Source of the DNA: Saccostrea cucullata
Lineage: Eukaryota
NCBI RefSeq assembly: GCF_032062105.1
Contig: NW_026929376.1
Coordinates: 186,001 to 250,000, forward strand
DNA length: 64,000 bases
Direction: 5' to 3'
This document shows positions 1 through 13,100 of the stretch, piece after piece. A model generated the notes under the pieces. That model ran no database searches. It saw only the letters and a program-made list of their open reading frames with translations, and was not told the DNA's origin. The translations under genes were made by a program, and so were the position numbers. Numbering within the stretch: position 1 is the stretch's first letter; every line of letters starts with the position of its first letter.

Positions 1-177
1 GAAACTGGTAGTCTTCCTTATGTGTTTAGGTGTTGCACCAGTCCCTTTGTATGACCTATCACCTAATGTGGTACGCCTGCTTTCAGGTATGCCTGAATCA
101 TTGGCGTTTGCCTTCTTAACTGTTTCTGACAAGCTGTCTTGTAAGCTCTTTAATTCCTTCTCAACAGCAGCCATCAT
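1..177 (-). CDS. 5' start of a gag-like ORF of an LTR retrotransposon (runs off the window)
   Basis: ATG at 177/174 opens MMAAVEKELKSLQDSLSETVKKANANDSGIPESRR... with no stop to the window edge; lies just downstream of the PBS and LTR on the minus strand. Confidence 0.55.
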   Translation of the reverse strand, partial: MMAAVEKELKSLQDSLSETVKKANANDSGIPESRRTTLGDRSYKGTGATPKHIRKTTSF

Positions 178-262
178 ATTTTACAAAAACAACCCAGCAA
201 TAAATATACAAAACAAAATTTACAAATTTAAAAAATCAACCAATGATCAAAATGTAAACCGA

Positions 263-283
263 GATCCCACCGCGCTGCCACCA
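263..283 (-). other. Primer-binding site complementary to the tRNA-Leu 3' end
   Basis: Minus strand TGGTGGCAGCGCGGTGGGATC, 5 nt inside the LTR end (..GTTACA). Matches the complement of the tRNA-Leu end (ATCCCACCGCTGCCACCA) with 2 extra nt. Confidence 0.75.
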
Positions 284-288
284 AATTT

Positions 289-1005
289 TGTAACGTGTTG
301 AGGGGTCGTACCTGGTTGATTCCAGGATCTCGGTAAAGATGATATTTACAATAAATAATTTTCCTCTTAAACAAAATGATTAGATAAAATGATTGGCCTG
401 CAAATATATACAAATAGGGCCCTTCCCTTACTTAGGGGAAAATCACACTTGATTGTCGGCCTTATATTTACAAAATCACTGGTTCGCCCAGTAGCACCGG
501 ACTGACACCAATATTGCCTTATTCAGGTTCGTAGTGTCAGTCACGGCGCTAAGTCCAATCCCCTAGTGGTCAGCCTGTGACAACAGAAGATACTGAATTG
601 TCCTTATTCAGGACGCACAGTCATCCACTGCTATCAGAGACTTACACTATCATAGAAGCTTACCAGGTAAGCCTCAAGGGTTGACTTCATTCTATGGTCG
701 GCCTCTAAATGGTTAGTCACACAATACTAACTTCTTTATTGTGGCAAGCCTCCATTGTCAGGCAATCCACCTAGTATTGATAAAATATTGTGGTAAGCCT
801 CAGTAGTACTAGGCCACCCACTCGACTAACCATATCGCCGAAATCTGCCTGTTCTTCCCTCTGGCAATCGGACTAAAGGAACCTCGCAGCTTAGCTGCGC
901 TTATTATATATCTTTGTTTTAGGTCATGTGATTTGCTTCAGCCAATCACAGATCCTCAATGGCCGACTTGCATAATTAGAATACACAAACCCATCAATTG
1001 TCACA
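289..1005 (-). mobile_element. 5' LTR (~717 bp) of a Gypsy-type LTR retrotransposon
   Basis: Minus strand starts TGTGACA and ends GTTACA (TG...CA); TATA-like TATATAATAA near 901-910; followed by the PBS and gag start; GC content higher than the flank. Confidence 0.7.
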
Positions 1006-2102
1006 CATACATCATGCATACAACTATTATAAAAAAGTAAGAAAATCTGAAAATACAGTCATATATTAATACAAGCCATACGTATACATACATTTCATTT
1101 CAAAGAAAGATCTTTCTAAAAAGATGAGTCTTGAGAACTTCAAAGAAGAAGGAACAGTTTGGTCTATATTGTGCCCTAAAAATTGAATGTCCTAAAAAGT
1201 TATGAAATTAATTGGCTTTAATATGAGTTGAATAAATGAATGTGATAAACCATTTAAGAATATATGCATGATAAGGTATGATGGAGAACCATTCTGGAAA
1301 TATGACGTCATTAATAAGCTACATTTCTAAGTTTTACGCAGAAAAGCTTAAAAATGACATTTCTTTTTGGTTATTTTCTTTTAGATAATGGTGTCCACAG
1401 CCGTCGCCCACTTCAAGTTTTGAATATATTGTGTAAATTGCTTTGAAAAAACACTTATATAAAAACCTTTGTGGGCGATACATGTGCTGTATGTTTTCTG
1501 AAAGAAAACTCCATTGAAAGTTGATGTCTACATCTTTTTAAGAAAATACGGGAAAATGCACTATTAAGTTTATGACGTTAAAATCAGTTAACGTTAAGAG
1601 ACCATATATGAAAAATAAAATGTGCATTTTTACTGCATGGAATTTCTATACATGTAATTCAGAAAGGATGAATTTTAATTTCTTACACTACTTCTATATT
1701 TTATAAAAATAAAGGGCAAATTTTGTATTAAAACCGTACCTTGTTCTTTGTTAACTCGTCGAAGATCCACTGATAGCTGATTCCTCGCCATAAGTTTTTT
1801 TTATTCTTATATAGGAAAAAAAACAACCTTGTTAACTTTCAATGGAATCTAATTAGAATGCTTGTACATGCAGCTGAAAATTTCATCTTGAAATTTGTTA
1901 ATGAGTGAAACGATGTCAAGATTTGCAGTGAGATACTTTTTTAAACATTATATTGTGTTCATATCGAGACTTTAACCTGCATATTTACAAAGCCATGCTT
2001 GCATGTCTTTAATATTATGTCAGTGTCATAAAAATTATTAATTGAACATGTTTTTGTAGAATGACTGTTATATAATTCTCATTTGAGAGAACACGCATAG
2101 GG

Positions 2103-2610
2103 TTAAAAGGACATGGAACAGTTTCAGCTGATTTTTTTTTAATCAATCTTAATCATGTTTTACAATTCCTAGCTAAGACAATTCAAACGACAAGCAAAGA
2201 TTCGAACATCATTTGTTGATTTACAAAGGAGAGAACTTAAAAATCTTCATAATGTAAACAAGACGTGCGCCTTGTTCTTGTTTTCATATTGAAAATATAT
2301 TCATACCAAAAAGTAATTCAGCAAATCACTAGAAACTGCATGTTTGGTCGTATTTAGAATCAACTTTATTGAAAGAATCTGCTTTGATCGAACATATTAT
2401 TATTAGTATATCTAACTTATATGTAAACAAAAACATGGCATGTGCCCTGTTTACATTATAAAAGTTTGGAGCTCTAAATCTGTCATGTATCTCGACCACT
2501 GAAATTCAAAGTTTTGATGGTCATTAGAAATAACCGAGTTAAATATTTGTCAACATGAACAAATATATTTTTTGAAATTTTTATCTGCATCTGTGTCCAT
2601 GTCCCTCCAA
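2103..2610. mobile_element. Degenerate non-autonomous DNA transposon (MITE), possibly Kolobok-like
   Basis: Imperfect terminal inverted repeats ttaaaaggacatggaacag / ctgtgtccatgtccctccaa, plus internal inverted motifs (aatgtaaacaa...cc.tgtttacatt); TTAA at the left end. Confidence 0.45.
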
Positions 2611-3281
2611 GTATTTACTGCCCTTATTTGATATTAACAATTTAGCTTTTGATTCGGTTTTATCATTTATTTGAATAGATGAAATGTACAAGTACAAATT
2701 CAATGTACATGATCATGAATGATGTCACTGACTATAGAATATGTCTTTATAATCGAACTGTCAACATGTGACTTCACTTATTTGAATGGTTGATATGACC
2801 TTAATAATTTTAAATTTGTAAAATCGCATTTATCAGAATTTAACCTAATATCTGCTTTAGGAAAATATATATGGAAAACCAAGAGGGAAACTGGTTCCTC
2901 TTAAAATTTTAAACCATCGTATTTCCGTCAATAATCATCGAAACTAAATGTTCTAATCTTATCTTATCTTATTAAGGTACACTAACATACTCAAAATAAA
3001 TTCAACTAAATTAACAATATGAATAATATTGTTTTCAAACTCCTAATCTTTCCCTAATTCATTTTTAGTCTTAATTTGTCATAAAACAAAACAAACAAAA
3101 CAAAAGCATATCAATCAAACTATCAATGGGAAGATTCATAAATGGTTACAGCAAACAACAATTTTCTGACAACTCAAACACAATGAAAATGATTGTCAAT
3201 GTCCTGTCTTGGAAGTTAATGAAAATAAAAAAATTATAATATTTTCTTTGTTGAATCTGTTAACTTATTTGCGCTATAGTT

Positions 3282-4976
3282 TTACTTCTCCTCGGTCTGA
3301 CTTCTCGATCCACTAGGTTCAAAACTGTACAGTCTAACTTCGTTTTGACATGTTAGTAAAAGCCTCGGTCTAGATCCCATTACAGCTACACGAACTGCCA
3401 TTGGATTGTCGATTGCTTCGTCTTTGTCTTTAGAAAGAATCTGCCTCACAAACTCGCCATTCATGTTCAATTGTGATACATTGTTGGTACTACACCCTAC
3501 AATATAGATATTCCCATCAGGATCACAAGAAACTCCTAGAGGATAGCTCAAATGTTCGTGTTCGAATGTAAATTCTTGGGTTCCCAGTTTATCATCATTC
3601 AGAACATAAACTTTACCATTTTCAATATGGTGCGAATAAATGATACGTCTAGAATAAAGACAAAGTCCATATACGTAGCCCTTTTTGACTGTTACGGTGT
3701 GTAGAATGGTTCCGTTGTCGTCAATATGTCGGAGCAATCCATCGGTTGAGGAGACAATGAGAGTACCATTGTCACAAGCAATTCCATTCGGTTTGAATGA
3801 TAGATTGAGTATTTTGGTAGTAGTCAGAAAGGGGCTTTTGTCCATTGCCAAATCAACAAATTCTATGCTTGAACGTGGTGAGCGAATGGTGACTGCAACC
3901 GACAATTCACCTGTTTTTGTCATTGCCCAAGGTTTCCCTGACAATTTACCCGATGCAACATGACATTCGTTAATATGGAAGAGATCCAATAAATTGTGAT
4001 TGTCGCATATTGCAAGAACATGGTCGTCTCTAATGGCTTCAACGTCTGTCAGTCTGCATCCAGATTTAACCAAGACACTGCCCAGAACTAAAGTGGAATT
4101 CAAATAATCAGTCTTTGAATTTGTGTCCGTTTCCTCAACAACAAGTTCGCCAAATGGTTTTGGTTCTTGCAGAATTTTTGTCAGAATGGCATCATCCTCT
4201 AATTTTATATCAACACTTTTATAACTGGATTGAACTGCACCTAAATTTTCCTTAAGGGAATTATAATTTTTCTGTATTTCCTTCCTTGCAAGGAAAAGTG
4301 ACATCTTGTTTTTATCGTTTGGATTTTTTAATTTTTCAATGTCGTTATCAAGATTTTCTTGAAAGTCGGATAACATTTCGATCTTATTCACAAATTGTGT
4401 GTTTTTGTCCCTCTCAACTCTCTGTAGCTGTTCTATAAATTCAGCCTCTTTCTCGTCCAAAAACTCTACCATCAACTGTTTTATTGATCGTATATGCGAA
4501 CGAACATCATCAACTTTAACATTGAATTTCTCTTTACTCTTAGTAATGTTAGCTGTGTCGTCTATACATTCTCCTTTCAAATTTTCTAGTAATTCTCGCA
4601 ATTTCTCTACTTCATTATCATCACTTGCCTGTTTAGCACATTCCTCCAAATTTTCGACCTTCTCGCATTTACGATGCTCTGTCGTTGCACACATCAAACA
4701 ACACGCCTGCTCATGATCAAAGCAATACACCTCTAGTTTCCGATCAGCATGTTTTTCACAAAAAAGTTTCATGTTAGAACAACATTTCTCTGTTTCAGCA
4801 TCATCTAGCGACAGCACGCGGTGTTCCATAGACAAACGGTTAGCGTGGTGGCAGTTGGCGCATTTCTCGCACAGATCGTCACAGCAGTCGATACATCGTG
4901 ACGTAGCAAGTTCAACCGAGTTCATACGCTGACAGATGTCGCAGGATTTTTTGTTGGAATTTTCCACACGTGCCAT
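3282..4976 (-). CDS. TRIM-like protein (B-box1, B-box2, coiled coil, NHL/beta-propeller), no RING, 564 aa, intronless CDS
   Basis: CDIC..ATSRCIDCCDDLCEKCANCHH..H (B-box1); CEKH...EVYCFDHEQACCLMC...HRKC (B-box2); heptad-rich middle; PNGIAC, YPLGVSCDPDGNIYI NHL-type repeats. The real start is likely the ATG at 4976, preceded by an acceptor (ttttgcatacAG), not the GTG at 5027. Confidence 0.9.
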   Translation of the reverse strand: MARVENSNKKSCDICQRMNSVELATSRCIDCCDDLCEKCANCHHANRLSMEHRVLSLDDAETEKCCSNMKLFCEKHADRKLEVYCFDHEQACCLMCATTEHRKCEKVENLEECAKQASDDNEVEKLRELLENLKGECIDDTANITKSKEKFNVKVDDVRSHIRSIKQLMVEFLDEKEAEFIEQLQRVERDKNTQFVNKIEMLSDFQENLDNDIEKLKNPNDKNKMSLFLARKEIQKNYNSLKENLGAVQSSYKSVDIKLEDDAILTKILQEPKPFGELVVEETDTNSKTDYLNSTLVLGSVLVKSGCRLTDVEAIRDDHVLAICDNHNLLDLFHINECHVASGKLSGKPWAMTKTGELSVAVTIRSPRSSIEFVDLAMDKSPFLTTTKILNLSFKPNGIACDNGTLIVSSTDGLLRHIDDNGTILHTVTVKKGYVYGLCLYSRRIIYSHHIENGKVYVLNDDKLGTQEFTFEHEHLSYPLGVSCDPDGNIYIVGCSTNNVSQLNMNGEFVRQILSKDKDEAIDNPMAVRVAVMGSRPRLLLTCQNEVRLYSFEPSGSRSQTEEK

Positions 4977-5491
4977 GTCTGTATGCAAAACAAGTACACC
5001 TACACTCGGGTCACGTAGTTTGTTCACTATGCTAAAATATATGCAATAGATTTAAGGAGATAACATTACTTTTACAGCAAACCTCGTCCTTTGTGTTTCC
5101 TTACAGTACAATGTATTGCGTTATTCCACTGATTTTTCCACAAACACTGCACTGTTTTATCTAGCCACTTTCGGAAAATAAAACACACGTGTTTATCTGT
5201 CAGGTGAATTGAGATTCTGCGCTTTCGCAGCGCAATGTTATCTTTAAATTGCGGAAATGTTTCACACCGCAGTAAAAAAAAGCTACCAATTTAAGACAAC
5301 TGGATTATTTTTGAAACGTTTGCAGACTCATCATTATTATTAAATCATCACCAGTTACCGTAATCCCTGACATATCAAATCAAATAGCATTAAGATTTCC
5401 GAGGGTGCGATGTACAAAATACGATCAGGAAACGGAAATGCGAACATGTACACAGCGAGTGTCTCAATTTATCATCCTGTTTTTATCTGTG

Positions 5492-5854
5492 TTAAACATA
5501 TTTAAATTGTGATAAGGTTTGTATACATCAGAATTTATCGTTCGTGTCCCATGGCAATTTTTTAAAATATAACTGAAGTTAGGTACAACATTTTTAATAA
5601 GGATATTTATTTTATAATAAAAAATGTTGCATAACTTCAGTTTCTGTCCTTTGGAACTTATAAGTTTAATTAAAAGAAATAATGGAGCCTTATTAAAAAT
5701 GTTGTACCTAACTTCAGTTATATTTTAAAAAATTGCCATGGGACACGAACGATAAATTCTGATGTATACAAACCTTATCACAATTTAAATATGTTTAAGT
5801 TCCAAAGGACAGAAACTGAAGTTATGCAACATTTTTTATTATAAAATAAATATC
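5492..5854. repeat. Perfect interleaved inverted duplication (A-B-spacer-A'-B')
   Basis: 5492-5602 is the reverse complement of 5688-5798 (111 bp); 5602-5660 is the reverse complement of 5796-5854 (59 bp). Confidence 0.9.
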
Positions 5855-7149
5855 AAAATTATTAAGACAAAAAGAAATTAAACTGATAAATGAACATAAA
5901 TAATAATTTTAAAAAATGTCATTCTACTGATAGTGGAGCGGATGAGACTCATTTTAATCCTCTATTTTTTTTTTTTTTTTACTTTTGTATCAGCAGACAA
6001 TTTTGAGGATACTGGTAAACTCATTGATTATTGTACCTCCATAAAAACATTGCCTAAATAAAAAACGCGTGGATAAATAAACTTCATTTTGTCTAACTAC
6101 ATTCTCATAAAATGTATTGGAGTTATCTTTCTTTTTATGTACATGGGAATATTAGTTGGATTTTTTGCAAAAGGACTAATGAGAAAACTTTTGATCATCA
6201 TAACAAATTGGGACGAAATGGAAGCCCATCGCCACCGCGACCAAGAGCAAAGAACAATGAAGATTGTGTACAGGGTAACCAGGTCGGAATGTACAGTCAT
6301 GCATGTAGAGAGATCAAATAAGCTCTTTTTAAAGGTATTCAATGTATAAGTAACGGCCACACTAAATGAATAGTTCAAATTGATTAATTGCGGCATGGTA
6401 GCATTTTGAAAGTGTTTGAAATAAACATACTCTACCAAAGCAATTTACAAAAAATTAATTTTGTCCAATATTAAAATTTTGCCCCTTATGTAAATTATGT
6501 TCTTTTCTTCCATTCGTTATATATTGAATTGCTTAAGTTCACCAATTTTCACGCATTTCAATGTTATATATCAGTCTGTATTGGTATATCTTGTACTGTT
6601 TTTCATCCCTTCAGAAATTTTTGCCGACACCTGATCTGATTTCTGCAATATCACTAGGATTGGATGACACTTTTCCAACAACAATGAAGAAATCCACAAA
6701 ACCATATCCTTTGGTATAAAAAGTGATAAACAACGTTTTCATAATATATATTTTAAAAAAAGATGACAGAACTGACCTAGCTAATTACTGCGGTTCATTA
6801 CCAAAATTGAAAAAATAGACTACTGAAATTGTATATTTTTTTTAAGTATATTTAATAATAAAAACTTAAAAAGGTTGTATGGAAATATAATCAATATATA
6901 CATATACAGAGAACAACTTGGCAATGGTGAAACGGTTACAAATAACATTGTGAATCACTACAACCTTTTACAAATGTTTCACAGAATTGATATGGCGTAC
7001 AGAATATCAATGGTGAACGATAAACATCATCATCATCTGCTCAATAAAATGGAATTAAAATAAGAATGTCGACGACTACATATACCATGATTTATATATT
7101 ATTACAAATAACGGGAACAGATAACGATTGCAATAATTCGATCACTTGT

Positions 7150-10100
7150 CTATTTATCAGACTTGTGGTGGGGTGGAATGTAGTAACGCTCAACTTTGTA
7201 TAGGCCAACTAAGCCACAACGACGGGTTTTCAGAGTCTCAAAGAAATCCATGGCCACATTTAAGTGTTCCATTCCGTTTTCACACTCACAGAGGATCAGG
7301 TATGCAAAATTTTCAGTTCGCATCGTTGCCCTGAGAAAAGTTATCCTTCGAAGCTTAAGGACCCTGGGACAGTTCCAGAGAATGAATTTCGCGCCACTCC
7401 ACGTGCTCCACAACTCCTCCATTGATGGCGTCTGCTCGAGCGCGTGGAATGACGTCAGATAATACACGCTATCCTTGCTGACTGGTGTACGAGGTAACTG
7501 TTTCACTCCATCTCTTACAATACATTCAATTTCATCGTAAAATTCTGCAATATAAATTAATATTCATAATTACATGTACCTAGTTCCACAATCTCATGTT
7601 TTTAAAGACATACTAAGTCTTCATTATTATTCTCCAAATCTCTGAGTTTCACAAATAAAATATGGAGACAACGAAATGTAATCAAGTTCAAAAGGCCATA
7701 ATAATTGAAACAATTCAAATTGGGAGGAGAGTAATCAGGACCTCTTATTATCGGAGGGGGGATCAGGTGCCAAAGAGGAGTAAGCATCCCCTGTCGACTG
7801 GTCACAACAGATGAGTCTGAATTCAACTAAACGATAATTATACTATATGCTGGAAAGGTCACTCTTTCACCCCCAAAACTTGCAAAATGTTGACTAGCAC
7901 TGTTGATATTCTTGTTCTTATCAACTTGTTTGTGAAAACCTTTCAGAGACCAGAAGAACGTATGCAATAGTAAGACGTTCGTCGTCTGTCTGGCCGTTCG
8001 TCTGTCTGTAAACAATATTTTCAAAATACTTCTCTTCTTGCAGTTTTGGTCTGCTTTCAATACTAGTATTATAACATGGAATAAAGGCAAACTACATTAA
8101 GACATATGATAGACCTATATTACTTAAAGTAGAAATTTCTGTTATTTGGTCCGATTTCAATATAATTTTGCACACAAGTAGACAACACTAAGGTACATAA
8201 ATCTATGTCGGTTTTTGATTTTTGATGAGCTGAGTTGCCACATGATGGTTACTAAAAGTAGAAAAATCTTGAGAAATAGTTTTGGAACACTTATCTTCCT
8301 ATATATACAGATTGGTCTGATTTTAACGAGACATGCAGTAAGACTACACAGAGATGTTTTGTTATAGGTACAAACCAGCTGAGCTGCAGTCTCGACAGCT
8401 TCTTCTGATTTAGAAATTGTTCCTAGTATATAGAGCCTGCTTTCGCGAATAGTATCAAATGGCAGACAAAAACTTCAAATTACGTGTATGGTTCTATATA
8501 CAATAAGGGAAGTTGAAGTATACAAGTTAGGTATTTTTATATTGTATACCATTAACGTATTTGAATTAAATGTGTCTGATTTGCTGGTATCTTTTATGTT
8601 CATTAGCCTAAGCTATATCAAGTTCTTTATTTAATGGAGTGTTTTTAATTGAGAATACGTCGTCAATGTACCGCGGTATCTGAATGTCGTTGAAGGCCAA
8701 AGCAAGTGTTTCTTCTTCTCATATAGTTTGAATTATACATTATATATAGGCACACTGTGTTCCCATTAGGAATTCACGCAGATTGTTGGAAGACCTTATC
8801 TCCAAAAACCACAAAGATATTGTGAATCAAAAACTCAAGCAATTATTATAATCAACTCCAGTGAACTTTATGTGTGCACAATCAGAATGTTTTAAAAACG
8901 ATAATTATGCGTGTTCCATTATCTTATTTTGATAGCAACAAGAATTCAAAGGAAAAAAAACCTTTAAAAAACCTATGTCCATTTTTTTTTATCCATTTAG
9001 AAATTCGTTAACAAGTATTGGTTCAACACATTTAATACAATTTCTCTTCATATATAGATTTATCAGCTGTCACAGAAATAATTACTAAATATGTTGATTT
9101 ATATTTGTGATCACGAAAATCCCAGAGAAGCAGCTGTGGGGATCTGATACAAAATTCTCGTGGGTCTGCAATTAACTCAATTTGTCATTCTTTTATTTCA
9201 TTTACTTTGTATCCATCCTATGTATACATGCAAGCGGATCAGACTCCCTTATGCCACGAGAAATGTACGAACCAAAGCTTCGGGATCTTTTTTGTTTGGT
9301 AACTCTTCTGGGGGGATATCTAATTCTTAAGGGAGAATATAGTTCTTATACTAGTTAAAAAATGACAGTTTCAGTTAAACAGGTCAGCAAGATCTTTTGT
9401 CTGGTGTCCCTTCGCTGATCAGGAGATGGCATTCATAATTATACAATGTACGCTTTATTTATTCAATATCAATATTTTCATCCATATCATTTTAGCAGAT
9501 TTAAACATTGTTCCTTTATGGGTTAGGGAAGAAAAACGCCCTGCTAAGAAAGATACTAGTAACTTTTCCAATGATACTTTTAACAAAAATACAACAAAAA
9601 AAAAAATCAGTTTAGTAGGTGAATTTCCGGTTCATTATTTCATAATGAAAATACAGCAATATAAATAAATTCATCTTTTATTGATAAAGAAGGAAACTTT
9701 ATAAGATTTCTCAAAATATCTATCTCCTACCCTTTTAAAAATTGTTCCATTTCTTGCATTTTTGACCAAAGTGAACTTGCACGGCAGATATACAATATAA
9801 CAAGAGGACTCAGTCAATGGATTTTTGGATTATGTTTTACATTCCGACAAATTGTTTTCCTCTTATATGACAATATTGGCGAAGGATTATTTTTATATCG
9901 ATTTTGTTGCATTGTCGCGCTTTCCCATGATAACGTTACTCCGTTAGCCCAAACATAGTGCTCAATTTTATCTAACAACATAAAAAGATCTCCTTAGAGG
10001 GGGGCGATCGTGTTCAACATTTATATTTTATCCAATGATGAGATTTCTTATTGAAACAGAGGAACTTGCCGATCCATTTCTGAATAAAACACTTTCACAC

Positions 10101-13100
10101 GTCTAGAATCCTGCAAATATTTTTTTTAAATCTTCTTTTGGGGGTTAAATATTCATCTTTTCACCTTAATGAGATATCAAAATTGTCCCCATGTTTGATG
10201 TGTCAATAATTTAACATTCAGATCCTTTGAAAGGCATCCATTGGAAAATCAAATTCAATGGGGACAGTCGAGAAGTAAATCATATTATCCGGAATTTCCT
10301 TTACTTCTGCTGGAGATAAAACTAATAAACTTTTAATTCTTGATGTAATTCGGACCTAAAGCAGAAGTCAGTAATTTTAAGCAATCCTTAAGTTTACATT
10401 AAAGGTATGAAGCAAAGCGGTATTTTAAGAGAGCGAGTACTCAAGCTATTTTAATTATCTACACAAGCAAATAAAGTTAGTAACGGGGGGATTTCGGTCC
10501 AGAATAGAATGGGAGAAAGAATTCAGTAGAAGGATGTCTATATGAAGAAAACAGCTTGATAAAGTTATGTGGAATGTTGGTATACAAATATAAATCGTAT
10601 TTTTCTATTATAGACTATGATAGAGACGTGCCACTGTTCGCAAAATCTTTATTAAGCTGAGAGCAATTATGTTGGGGTAGGGGGGTTGGGGTTACGTTTT
10701 GCCTATTCCCCATTGATAATTGAAAACAAAGAAGTCGACTTATTTTGTTAATGACTTATTGAGCATGCCTGTAGATTAAGCTAAAATTTGTTATTCATAC
10801 CTGGTTGTATTATTCTGTTCCCTAACACTTCTATGGAAAATTTATGGTTGTGGACGCGTAGAATGTCCATCTGGGCATGGTTCTTTTGTTCTGACTGTCT
10901 TCGGAAGTCCTTGATCCCACTGAAGAAGACCGAGTAATCCACATAAGAGTACTGAGCTGTAACGAAAAAATACACACTGATTGAGATTAAGCTCATTCAA
11001 GCTAAAACTAGAGAGGGAAAAGATGGGGTTACATGAGAATATCATACCAAAAAAAAAATCTTTAAAATTTTACTTGTAAAGAATTCCAAGCCCATAATTA
11101 TTACTGTTAATAATAATCATCGTGAATTTTTTTCCCCAGAGCTGACCCCTAGCAGTAGGACGGGGCCTCAGAAAGAAGTTTTACATAGGAATATAAATGA
11201 AAAGAGGAAAAAAAATCTTTACAAAATAAATCATCTTCAGTAAATCATGTAGAAGCATCCTTGAGTAAGACATATTTAAATTTAATAACAGCCAAGGGTT
11301 TCCGATTGAAATCATGTCCCTCAAAAGGGGGAAAATTTGCTTCTTTTCAAGATAAGGACGACCAGTGTGAATAAGGTGAGCGTTCTGACCTATAGGCCTT
11401 CTGCTTGTAAATAAGTTTTCGTTTTCGGCTTTTATGATAAATATTGAACGATTCATTTTTTTTTAATTCAGTGGTAGATGAGGTTGTTAAACGATATTGT
11501 AATAATTAAACATAAAGAATAGGTCAGAGATAAAAAGAAATTTGTAGACAAAATCAGTTGTAAATGATTCTGTAGAGCAGGTGATTTCAATTTTAACCCA
11601 AAATGTATAATACGCATGCATCGAGATCCCATGAGATGATGAAATTTAACTTACAATAACTTCACAAGCAAGTTCAAAAATATTAAAATTCCAATTTGAT
11701 TTCAAGGTCGTAATTTTTGTCATCTCTATGTAAAAGTCAAATGAATTTCGAGACCAAAAATTGATAATGATTTGATAGTTACATATATTACAAGTAAATT
11801 AGTGGTCAGCGCTACACAAGTATCGACAATACTACTTCATACTATAATTATTTTACACATCATATTCCGTATTACACATCGTATATAAAATTATTCGTAA
11901 AATAAAATAATCAAGTAAAGCAAATAGACCTAAAACGATATGGTCTCCGGTTATACATAGAATGCTGTAGTTTTGCGCCCAAGCCATCAATCAATCAATC
12001 AATCATTTATTTGAATCTCATCACCATTTTACAATAGCGTACAGAGACTACAAAAACATATAAGTGATTTTATATACAACAATAGGTCTAGAAAGGCATG
12101 CGTGAGTAAGAAACTAAACAAAAACAAAAAAAAAATTGTAGGTTACTATAAATGTGAAGTATGGGAATTTAGGCCGGGGAGCATATTTTATTTATTTTCT
12201 TTACAAAGGAGCACAATTTTCTTAGAAAGCAGTGTTTATTGTTGTTCATAATGTTTTTAAAACTAATTATATTCTGGAATTTTATGTGTTTTTCTGTTAA
12301 GCAAAGTTTTCTTTCTGTTTGTAGCGAGTTGCACTTTAAAATGTAATGAAACTCATCTCCGAGTTCTTTTAGATTACAATGGGGACAAATTCTATCTTGT
12401 CTTGGTATATTAAGCCAGCGTCCACTTTCAATTGGTAAATGATGGTTACATGTTCGAAATCTACAAAATGTTATGAAGTCCTTTTTTGATAAAATATTAA
12501 AATAGTTTTCAAATTTTAGTTCGTCTTTGTATATTCTATAATTTAAGGCTTTGGGTGAGGTTTGAAGGATTGATTGCCAACTTTGTTTGAATTGATCCAA
12601 TAATGTGAGTTTAACTTTCGCCTTTAACCATTTATTATTAATTGGGTTTTGTCCAAGCCATACATTTGAGAGTCCACAGTTATTTAAGATATTTCGAATA
12701 TTTTCAAGCCAAACAATTTTCCCTCCTATTTCTTGATTTATAATGAAGCCTAATTTATAACATAAATTTGCAATTTTAATTTCCTTTCCAGTGATTAATT
12801 TTGACCAATAAGATATCATGCGCGTTTTTATTTGGATTTCCATGGGGTGTCGGCCAAGTTCGCCATATATCATAAAATCTGGGGTTGAATCTTTTAAATG
12901 GAGTAGAAGTTTACAAAATTTTAGGTGAACCCTTTCTATTATTGCATTATTTGAAAATCCCCAAACTTCACATCCATATAACAAAACAGGTTGCACAATT
13001 TTATCAAATAGATCTAGCTGACACTGTATTGATAGGTTATGTAATCTTCCTTTTTTTAATACTTCGTATAGTGCTTTTGTTGCCTTTTCAGCTATTTTCT

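Noticed and set aside
3685-4716. Plus-strand ORFs opposite the TRIM gene (also those opposite 55134-55916 and 60099-61040)
   Set aside because: Antisense shadows of real coding sequence with no independent features.
4977-5027. GTG-initiated 17-aa extension of the TRIM ORF
   Set aside because: Prokaryote-style start call; a splice acceptor lies 2 nt upstream of the ATG at 4976.
6089-6438. Overlapping short ORFs on both strands
   Set aside because: No recognisable motif or convincing splice structure; probably intergenic or 3' UTR of the 7150-18538 gene.
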